DNA of 64,000 nucleotides, from assembly GCA_963769025.1 (NCBI GenBank), contig CAVYKI010000002.1:352001-416000 (forward strand). Reading direction: 5' to 3'. Positions 55,954-64,000 of the stretch are shown here, piece by piece. The translations under genes and the position numbers were made by a program. This DNA is from an uncultured Verrucomicrobiae bacterium (GTDB lineage Bacteria > Verrucomicrobiota > Verrucomicrobiia > Chthoniobacterales > Chthoniobacteraceae). How positions within the stretch are numbered: position 1 is the stretch's first letter; each line of letters begins with the position of its first letter. Below the pieces are notes generated by a model, which saw only the letters and a program-made list of their open reading frames with translations, was not told the origin of the DNA and did not search any database.

Positions 55954-57486
55954 CTAGCGCGCGAGCTTGCGGTACAATTCCATCCGGCACTCGAAACCGC
56001 CGAGGTCCACGGCCTGGCGTGACTCGAGCTTGAGCGAGGGCTGGGGGCTTTCCATGTGGAAGGGATTTGTGAAGACGAGCCGGCCGCCGGGAGCGAGGAC
56101 TTTGGCGGCGACGGCGAAGAGATCCTCGAAGAGACCGCGGAGGTTGCGGATCGGAATTCGCCGGCCGAGGGGCGGATTGCTGATGATGAGCGTGAGGCCG
56201 GCGAGATTCTCCTCGCGCGCAAAATCGCGGAAATCGCCGCAGGTGAAACGTGCCCCGGCGAAGCCTGGCTGCGCAGCGGCGAAGTTCCGCCTCGCGATGT
56301 CGATGGCCTGATCGCTGAGGTCGGTGCCGCGGACGCTGCGCACGCCGCCGAGCAGGGCGCGCTCGATGAGTTCGAGGCCCGATCCGCAAAACGGATCCCA
56401 GATGCTTTCATTTTCCTGCCGACCGGCGAGCCGCGCCATGCATGCGGCGAGCGGCGGGTGGGAGGCGGCTGGGACATCGTCGAGGCGATACGCGTGACGC
56501 GGATCCGGCGAAATGCGCGGCCGCAATTCGACCGAATCGCCCTGACCCGCGGGATGAATGTCGATCGCCCACGGCGCCTCGCGCGCGTCGTTGAGGATTT
56601 GCGGACAAAGCGCATAGGCGCGGTTCGCCACGTCGCGCACAGCCGCGCGCTGGTGCCCCTTCGCGACAAACTCGAGCCGGTAGCGGATGGCGCCGGCAGT
56701 GAGTGCGGTGAGCAGGCGCTGCGACAGGGGGGACGCAATGGCGGACGCGAGCGACTCGATGGACGCAGCCTCGCTCGCGGAATTTACGATACCGAGGACG
56801 AAGCCCATGGTTCCAAAGCAGCGGAGCGCAAAAATGTCGTCGAGCGTGAACGGCGCGGACGCGCTGATCGCCACGAGCCCCGGCTGCACCTCGAGGACGC
56901 GGAATTTTCCCTGCGCCTCCACTTCCTCGCGGACGATGCGCTCCAATCCCTCACGTCCGCGAAGGTGGATGCGCAACCCGGTGAAATCGGGGATCGCGCT
57001 GTCCAAGCGGATCGTGCTCGGACTCTGGCTGCGCGCGACTTTGGCCCGCACCTTCTGTTCGGTCTGCGCGGGCAAAGCGCCGGTTTCCGCGAGGATTTCC
57101 AGCGTGGCCTCGCCGCCGATTTTGTCGAGCGTCCGTCCGAGATACTTCGCCTCCCGCTCGCTCGTGCCGGTGCGCAGGATGCCGAGCAGGTCCGCCTCCT
57201 CGCTGGCGCCGGCGCCGATCTTTGGCAGAGCGGCCATGGCGTAGCGGCGGACTTTTTCCTCGGGATCCTGCAGCAGGCTCCGCAGCCATCGTCTCACCTC
57301 GTCCTTTTGCTCCTTGGGGCCGGATTCGGGAAAGACCACGCCGACCGCGCGGATGACGGATACGGTGTCGAAACGCTCCCGCGCCGTCGCGCGATTGAAT
57401 CGCGCGACATCCTGCGTCCAGAGTTGTTCCCACGGGACGGCGCGCAACTGCCTGTAGAGTTCCTTGCCGGTATTGCCGCTTTTCAT
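55954..57486 (-). CDS. HEAT-repeat + THUMP-like + SAM-dependent (TRM11/RlmL-like) methyltransferase
   Basis: LLQDPEEKVRRYAMAALPKIG HEAT repeat; GLERIVREE; PAASHPPLAA; WDPFCGSG; IISNPP. Confidence 0.75.
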   Translation of the reverse strand: MKSGNTGKELYRQLRAVPWEQLWTQDVARFNRATARERFDTVSVIRAVGVVFPESGPKEQKDEVRRWLRSLLQDPEEKVRRYAMAALPKIGAGASEEADLLGILRTGTSEREAKYLGRTLDKIGGEATLEILAETGALPAQTEQKVRAKVARSQSPSTIRLDSAIPDFTGLRIHLRGREGLERIVREEVEAQGKFRVLEVQPGLVAISASAPFTLDDIFALRCFGTMGFVLGIVNSASEAASIESLASAIASPLSQRLLTALTAGAIRYRLEFVAKGHQRAAVRDVANRAYALCPQILNDAREAPWAIDIHPAGQGDSVELRPRISPDPRHAYRLDDVPAASHPPLAACMARLAGRQENESIWDPFCGSGLELIERALLGGVRSVRGTDLSDQAIDIARRNFAAAQPGFAGARFTCGDFRDFAREENLAGLTLIISNPPLGRRIPIRNLRGLFEDLFAVAAKVLAPGGRLVFTNPFHMESPQPSLKLESRQAVDLGGFECRMELYRKLAR

Positions 57487-57700
57487 TCGGGAATAGGGAT
57501 GCGCGTGGTCATTTGATCAATGAGGGAAAATCGAAGCGCCGCGCCCGGACTGCGGGGTCCGAAAACTCCATGCGGCAAAAGACCCGGAGGCCGTGCGCCT
57601 CGCTCTCCCAGTCGTTTGGAACGCTGTTCCTTCGGATCGGCTGGGCCGGAAAACCGTGCTCCGCGCGCGGCGCCTGACCAATCCTTGCGCCCGGCTGCGT

Positions 57701-57973
57701 TCAGTTTTTCCTGATGTGCTTTGTCACCGTGTTGCTCGCCGCCTTCGTGACGCCGGTGTACAGGCTCTTCAGGATTCCGATTGGCAGGCCGAGAATGCTT
57801 CTTTCCAACTGCGTCGTACCGCTCGAGCTGGTCGTGGATGTGGAACTGGTGGTGAGGGCGTCCGCAGCCGTGGCGGTTTGGAGGGGCGCGCCGATGCAAA
57901 TGAGAGCGGTGATGAGCGCCGTCGCGATGCGAAATGACGTGGCTGTCTGCGGAAGCGATGGGAGGGTTTGCAT
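57701..57973 (-). CDS. Small exported hypothetical protein
   Basis: Signal-like N-terminus, Thr/Ser linker, amphipathic tail. Confidence 0.55.
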   Translation of the reverse strand: MQTLPSLPQTATSFRIATALITALICIGAPLQTATAADALTTSSTSTTSSSGTTQLERSILGLPIGILKSLYTGVTKAASNTVTKHIRKN

Positions 57974-58099
57974 GGGTTGGCGATGGTTTGGGTGCCTGTG
58001 TGTTGCCGGCGGCGGCGATGGTTGGGGCGTGTCTAGCCGCAGGTGATGGGCGCGGCAAGGGCGATTCCGCCCTTAAAGCCGTGAGGCATGCGGCAAGGC

Positions 58100-58981
58100 T
58101 CAGTGCTTGGGCGCGCGGACGGTGTTCTCATCCACGTCGCGCTGGCGACGGGTGAGGATCTTGTCGGCGGTCTCGCCGACCATCTGCTCGATGAGCAGGC
58201 GGAGGTGGCTGCCAGGCCGATAGTCGGCGGGCGCGATGTGGCGGACGCGGTCGGCGGTGCCGACGAGCTGGTAGCACTTGCGGAAGCTGTTCCGCGAGGC
58301 GTCGTCGGGATTGTAAACGGCGATGGCGTGGCCGCCGTGCTGGCGGACGACGGTGAAGCACGGCACATCGGTCGGGCCGTCGCCGATGTAGATCATGTGG
58401 TCGAACGGAATCGGGCGCAGGTCGGGCGGCATGTGGTCGTTCACATCCTGCGAGTGGTCGAGCATGCCCTTGTTGATGCGGAAGAGGAATTGCGTCTTCT
58501 GCGTGTGGCTGATGACGCGCTTTGGGAATGCGATGCGGCCCGTGGAGTCCTCGGCAAATTCGCAGGCGAAGATCGAGCGGATGTAGGGGGCGAGCCGCGA
58601 GCCGTCGAGCAGGGCCTTGATGCCGCTGCTGATGATGTAGTGCTCGATCTTGATGCCGAGCGTCTCGTGTTCCGACCGGAGCAGGCCGGTCTTGAACTGC
58701 TCGAACATCTCCGGGAGGCCGGGGTAAAATTTGAGGCCCGCGCCGAGTTCGCGCAGGTGCTTGTTCGTCGGGCGGTCCATGCCGAGGTAGTCGAGCAGCG
58801 CCTTGAGGTAGGCGAGTTCGTTGTCGTAGCCCTCGTCGCGGACGAGCGCGTGGCAGCGCTGCCAGAATTTCGGCGGATCGATGCCGAACGACGGAAAGAG
58901 GACCTCGTCCTGCATGTAGTTCGGCGAGAGCGTCTGGTCGTAGTCGAAGACGATCGCGATGGTGTTCTGGGGGACGGCCAT
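58100..58981 (-). CDS. HAD-family hydrolase
   Basis: [34 protein letters not shown]. Confidence 0.88.
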   Translation of the reverse strand: MAVPQNTIAIVFDYDQTLSPNYMQDEVLFPSFGIDPPKFWQRCHALVRDEGYDNELAYLKALLDYLGMDRPTNKHLRELGAGLKFYPGLPEMFEQFKTGLLRSEHETLGIKIEHYIISSGIKALLDGSRLAPYIRSIFACEFAEDSTGRIAFPKRVISHTQKTQFLFRINKGMLDHSQDVNDHMPPDLRPIPFDHMIYIGDGPTDVPCFTVVRQHGGHAIAVYNPDDASRNSFRKCYQLVGTADRVRHIAPADYRPGSHLRLLIEQMVGETADKILTRRQRDVDENTVRAPKH

Positions 58982-59044
58982 GCGGGGAGAATCAGCGGAA
59001 GGGGAGTGGAGTGCGAAGCATTTTCTCCCGCGCGTGGCGGTCGC

Positions 59045-59929
59045 TCACGCCACGATGTGGGTGAGCGCCGGGGCGATCTGGGGGAACTGGAAGCCGAAAC
59101 CTTCCGCCGTGGCTGCTGCGGGAAGCACGCGCTTGCTGTCGAGCAGCTCGTGGGAAAAATCGCGGAGCAGCAGCCGGAGCACGAATGCGGGCACGGCGAG
59201 AAATGCGGGGCGATGCAGGCTGCGGGCGAGCGCGGCGGTGAAGTCGGCGTTGCGCACGGGCCACGGCGCCGTGGCGTTCAGCGGGCCGCGCGCGTCGAGA
59301 TTCTCGATGGCAAAAAGGAGCACGCGCGCGAGATCCTCGACGTGGATCCACGAGAGCCACTGGCGTCCGCTGCCGAGCCGTCCGCCGAGGCCGAGGCGGA
59401 AAAGCGGGAGCATCATGCGAAGCGCGCCGCCGCCTTTGCCCAGCACGAGGCCGATGCGCGTGCGGACCACGCGGCAGACCGGTTCCGCGGCGCGCGCCTC
59501 CGACTCCCACTCGCGGCACGTGTCCGCGAGAAAGCCCGTGCCGGGCGGCGATTCCTCGGTGATTTCGGCTTCGCCGCTGTCGCCGTAAAAGCCGATGGCG
59601 CTCGCGGACACGAGGACATCCGGCGGATGCGACGCGGCGCGGATGGCCTCCGCGATCCGGCGTGTGCCGAGGACGCGGCTGTCGCGGATGCGCTTCATTT
59701 TTTCACGGGTCCAGAGGCCCGCGACATTTTCCCCGGCGAGATGGATCACCGCGTTGCAGCCGGTGAGATCGGGCGGCTCGTCCGTCGTGAATTTTCGCGT
59801 CTCGATGCAGTCGTGCACCGGTCGCGAGGGATCGCGCGTGAAGGCGACGACTTCGTAGCCGCGGCGCACCGCGAGGCGGATGACGTGCCGGCCGACGAAT
59901 CCGGTCGCGCCGGTGAGGGCGAGTTGCAT
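59045..59929 (-). CDS. TIGR01777/YfcH-family NAD-dependent epimerase
   Basis: TGATGFVG, IHLAGENV, DSRV, SASAIGFYG, GSGRQWLSWIH. Confidence 0.9.
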   Translation of the reverse strand: MQLALTGATGFVGRHVIRLAVRRGYEVVAFTRDPSRPVHDCIETRKFTTDEPPDLTGCNAVIHLAGENVAGLWTREKMKRIRDSRVLGTRRIAEAIRAASHPPDVLVSASAIGFYGDSGEAEITEESPPGTGFLADTCREWESEARAAEPVCRVVRTRIGLVLGKGGGALRMMLPLFRLGLGGRLGSGRQWLSWIHVEDLARVLLFAIENLDARGPLNATAPWPVRNADFTAALARSLHRPAFLAVPAFVLRLLLRDFSHELLDSKRVLPAAATAEGFGFQFPQIAPALTHIVA

Positions 59930-59947
59930 GGGTGCTTCAGCGCTGCG

Positions 59948-60864
59948 CTAAAATTTGCGGTGCAGCCAGCCGTAGGGGAACTGGTCGCCGGGGCAGTCAG
60001 TGGGCCATTGCGGCGGGTTGATTTCCTTGTGGGCGCGGACGACGGCGGACTGGCCCTGGATTTTGCCGACCTTGCGGCGGAGGTAATCGATGAGCTCGGC
60101 GAGCGCGTCGAGCTGGCCCTTGCGGGGCGTGCTCCGGTTGAAATCGCCGACGAGGCAGATGCCGATGGCGATGTTGTTCAGGTAGTCGCTGTGGACGTGG
60201 CCGCCCTGCAATCTGCCGGTGCCAGCGGTTGCCGATCTCGATGGCGCCGTCCTTCGTCGAGGTGCCGTTGCCGATGACGAAGTGATAGGCGAGGCCGTTC
60301 GGCATTTTCCGGACAAAGCGATGGTAGTGCTCAAAGGCGGAGGCTCTGCCCTGCTTGGTGCCGCTGTTGTGCACGACGATGTAGCGCCAGCGGCCGCGCG
60401 TGACCGATGCGCGATCGATCGCCCGGCGGACGGTGCTGGTGAGATATTTGTAGTTCGCCCCGCCGCTGCCGAAGAGCCGCGACCAGACGCTCTCCGCCTT
60501 GGGCGGCGGCTCGTGATCCTCGTCGGGCAGCGGACCGATGGCGCTCTCGCGGACGACGATGTTCGGCTGGGACGGGGAGGGGGTGAAATTCGGGGCGGGC
60601 TTCGGCGTGGTGACGGGCAGCGGCGTGGGGCGCGCCACCGGTTGCGGGGTCGGACGTGCGACGGGCGGGCTGCCGATGGGTGTCGTGCGCGGCTTGGGCT
60701 TCGGGTCCCGGTTCGGGCGGCGGCGTGTAGGGGATGGTGGTCATCTCCTCGCGGGCCTTCAGGAAAAGGCGACGCTTTTCCTCGTCCGAGATCGGCTGCT
60801 GGGCGGGCAGGCGGAAGACGACGATGCAAAGCAGGACGAGAAACAGGACTGAACGGTGGCGCAC
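59948..60864 (-). CDS. Amidase_2/PGRP-type N-acetylmuramoyl-L-alanine amidase with Pro/Thr linker (frameshifted)
   Basis: WRYIVVHNSGT, LAYHFVIGNG, IGICLVGDF, HKEI, TDCPG. Confidence 0.88.
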
Positions 60865-60964
60865 GGAAACGCACGCTAGGAACTCCGCGCCGCTGCCGCA
60901 AGCCCGGCGACGAAATGCGAGGGATGTTTTGCCGCGATGCGCGCGGCGCCATTATGCTGCCGCC

Positions 60965-61619
60965 GTGAAGCTCGAACTGCCCGCTGACCGGATCGCCGTG
61001 AAAATATGCGGCATCACCAACCGCGACGACGCGCTCGCCGCGGTGGATGCGGGCGCGGATCTGCTCGGCTTCAATACGTGGCCGGGGACGAAGCGCTTTG
61101 TGGACATCGCGCGGAATGCGGATTGGATCGCGGCGCTCCCGCGGCCGGTGGTGCGCGTCGCGCTGCTGGTGAATGCGACGCCGGAGGAAACGGAGCGCAT
61201 CGCGGCGTTCCCGTTTGTCGATGCGCTGCAGTTCCACGGCGACGAGGATGCGGATTTCTGCCGCTGGGTCGCGAGGCTCGGCAAGCCGATCATCAAGGCC
61301 CTCCGCGCGCGGGATCGCGGCGTCCTCGCGCAGGCCGGGAGTTTTTCCACGCCGCACATCCTGCTCGATGCGCACGTGCCGGGCGAATTCGGCGGGACCG
61401 GCGCGCGAGTGGATCTGGAGCTCGTGCGCGAGTTCAAGGCAGCAGCATCCGGCGCTCACGCTGTGGCTGGCCGGCGGGCTCGTGCCTGCGAATGTGGCCG
61501 AAGCCGTGCGCGCGGTGTGGCCTGCGGTGGTGGATGTTTCGAGCGGCGTGGAAATGGAGCCGGGCAGGAAGGACGCCGCGAAAATGCGCGCGTTTGCAGA
61601 GGCTGCGAAGCGGGCCTGA
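60965..61619 (+). CDS. trpF: Phosphoribosylanthranilate isomerase (frameshift near 61440)
   Basis: VKICGIT, QFHGDE, LLDA...GGTG, LAGGL...VDVSSGVE. Confidence 0.93.
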
Positions 61620-61707
61620 GTGTGATTGGAATGACGGCGTCCGGGCGTTAAAAGCCGCGCCTTTGGCAAGTTGGCCCGCCATTTGCTCCCGTAGGGCTCA
61701 CGAATCC

Positions 61708-63534
61708 ATGAAACTATCAGCCTCCGCCCTTGCCAAACTCCATCGCACACTCGGTGCGCTCATCGTCTCCGTGAGCGCCTCGCTTGCCCAGAACGCCGTG
61801 CCTCCCGCGCCGCTCGCGCCGCCGGTCGTTCCGCCGGCAGCGGCGCCGATTGATCCGCCCACGGCTCCGCTTCCGCCGCTCGCCGCCGCCGGCTGCGGTC
61901 CCGCCGCCGGTGGCACGCTCGCTCCTGCGCCGATTGAGCCTCCGATCCAGACTCCCGGTGGCGCTCCGCTGCCCGCGCCTGGCGATCCTGCGGCTGTCGC
62001 GCCCGGCACGCCTTGGCGTGCTCGAGATGAACAATTCCCGCGTGAGTGAATTTCAGGGTGACGACGTTTCGCTCGTGCTCCGCACGCTCGCACGGCAGGC
62101 GAAGATGAACGTCGTCGTGAGCCCCGCAGTCACGGGCCCCATCACGCTGCGCGTGGAAAACAAGACGCCCGCGGAGGTGATGCGCATCATCTGCCAGGCG
62201 AATGGTCTCATCATCGACGAGATGGAAGGCGTCATGTACGTGAAGACCACGGCCGAAAAGCAGAAGGAGCCCACCGAATCGCACCAGTACACCTTCAGCT
62301 ACGCCAAGGCCTCGGACATCTCGCCGCTCCTCCAGTCGCAGCTCACCAGCGGCGTGGCGCCGCAGTTTGACGTCCGCACGAACACGATCTTTTTCCGCGA
62401 GGGAAAATCGAATGCGGAGAAGGTCATGAAATTCCTCGAAGATGTCGATTCGCCGACCAAGCAGGTGATGATCGAAGCGCGCCTCGTGGAAGTGACCGCG
62501 AATCCGAAGCAGAGCTACGGCATCAACTGGGGCGGCGTGGTCGGCAGTTCCTCGACGCCGATGTCGATCAAGTACGGCGGCTCCCAGCTCAACCCGGGGA
62601 CCACGCCCGTCACCTCCTCGACGAGCGGCGGCTCCTTCCAGCTGAACGATGTCCTGCGCAACGCGACGAACGTGTCGAGCCTCTCGAACAGCGTCGCCGG
62701 ACAGTTCTCGATCCTCTCCGTCCAGCAGATGTCGCTGACGATGCGCCTGCTCAACGAGGACAGCGATGCGGAATTCCTCGCGAACCCGCGCATCGTCGCC
62801 GCGAACAACCAGAAGGCGACCATCAAGATCACGCGCAACCAGCCGGTGCCGCAGTTGAACTTCAACGAGCAGACCGCGCAGGCCGTGTTCGGCGGGTTCC
62901 AGGACAAGGAATTCGGCAACACGCTCACCGTCACGCCCTCGATCAACAAGGACCAGTTACGTCTCGATGATGGTCCAGCCCGAGATCAGCAACAAGGTGG
63001 GCGACGCCACGTTCACCTTCAGCGGTGCCACGGTCGCCAGCCCGATCATCGACAAGCGCACGTTCGACTCGAACGTGCTCATCAGGAGCGGCGAGACGCT
63101 CGCCATCGGCGGCCTGCTGCAGGATGAAATCACCAAGGGCAGCAACAAGGTGCCGGTGCTCGGGCGACATCCCGCTCTTCGGCAAAATCTTCCAGGAAAA
63201 GAACAACACGCGCACCAAGCGGAACCTCCTGGTGTTCGTCACGCCGAACATCATCAACCAAGGCTACGGCACGGGCCTCGAAAGTCAGATCACCGGCCTG
63301 AAGAACACCGGCAATGAATTCGCCGACCCGAACGGGTGGAGGAACAACGCCAAGGGCGCGATTCGCCTCAAGAAATCGTCCGACAAGCCGCTCGCCGCGG
63401 AATACGCGCCGCCGGTGAGTGCAAGAGGTCGGACTGTCGTCATCCAGCATGGTGCGGGTGCCACCGGTGACTACAAAGGCGACGCCGCTGCGATCCGGGG
63501 CAGATACAAGGTGAACGCCGCCGCCCTCGAGTAG
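61708..63534 (+). CDS. Secretin (PilQ/GspD family) with Pro-rich N-terminus (frameshifted)
   Basis: VLRTLARQAKMNVV, DVRTNTI, DSPTKQVMIEARLVEV, GETLAIGGLL, NLLVFVTP. Confidence 0.88.
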
Positions 63535-63544
63535 GCGCGAGGTC

Positions 63545-64000
63545 TCAACTCAGATTCCACAGGACGCCGGCCAGCGATGGCCGGCGTCTTTCGTTTCCAG
63601 GCGGAGCCGCGAATGGCGGCGGCCGTGTCTCCGCGAGATTAGCGGCGCCGCGGGCTTCGCCGGCTAGCTTCTCGAAGTCGCCGGGGCTCACCCAGCCGGC
63701 GTTCAGCTTTTCGCCGCGCATGAAGCGCTCGTAGAAGCCGACGTGGCCTTGGTTCGCGTGCGGGTATTCGTCGAAGATGGCGCCCTTGCCGTCCATGCGC
63801 GGATCGCCCTGCTCGCGGAGTTCGGCGTACATCTGCGAGCGCAGCGCGGACTGGATGGCGACTGGGGCTCGGCTTGCCGGCGAGGTTGTGGATGGCGTCG
63901 GGATCGTCGGTGAGATCGTAGAATTCCTCGCCGGGGCGCAGGCCGAAGCAGAGCGCCCAGAACTGGTCGGCGGGATCCACGCGATGCGCGTCGAGGATGA
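63545..64000 (-). CDS. Sulfatase C-terminal part (truncated by window, frameshifted)
   Basis: [20 protein letters not shown]...LREQGDPRM; exact stop uncertain (63639 or 63545). Confidence 0.75.
   Translation of the reverse strand, partial: SSSTRIAWIPPTSSGRSASACAPARNSTISPTIPTPSTTSPASRAPVAIQSALRSQMYAELREQGDPRMDGKGAIFDEYPHANQGHVGFYERFMRGEKLNAGWVSPGDFEKLAGEARGAANLAETRPPPFAAPPGNERRRPSLAGVLWNLS
63563..63596 (+). terminator. Intrinsic terminator after the secretin gene
   Basis: GACGCCGGCCA-GCGA-TGGCCGGCGTC followed by TTTCGTTT. Confidence 0.65.

Noticed and set aside
57620..57645. TCCGAAGGA on the minus strand resembling the SRP RNA loop
   Set aside because: Lacks the CAGG/AGCA internal loop and GNRA tetraloop geometry
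58088..61750. Long Arg/Ala/Pro-rich ORFs in the track (e.g. 58088..60277 +, 59948..61750 -)
   Set aside because: Antisense or alternate-frame shadows of real genes, expected at high GC; the same applies to most overlapping ORFs listed

Overview
GC-rich bacterial chromosome segment. Gene content and style suggest Verrucomicrobia (Chthoniobacter/Spartobacteria-like); this is an inference, not a database result. It is mostly housekeeping, regulatory and envelope genes: gspE/gspD, two two-component systems, a rhodanese-NifU-sufT Fe-S cluster, psd/pssA, gcvP, a P1B-4 ATPase, glgP, fabF, engB, rsgA, trpF, two amidases, a second secretin and a large metalloprotease autotransporter. Many genes carry single-base indels that look like unpolished long-read errors. 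The most unusual part is the ~3 kb after tRNA-Arg(UCG) (35.9-38.9 kb). It holds a leader-peptide/terminator attenuator, a perfect Rex/CRP-like operator, a repeated GATACATC motif and two copies of a covarying ~95-nt hairpin RNA ahead of small YtjA/DUF1328-like membrane proteins. Also notable: an apparent TrtA/BiuH chimeric hydrolase behind a sigma54-like promoter, a LecA-like lectin, and a multi-stem intergenic RNA candidate at 57.5 kb. No CRISPR array, rRNA, integrase or transposase was seen.
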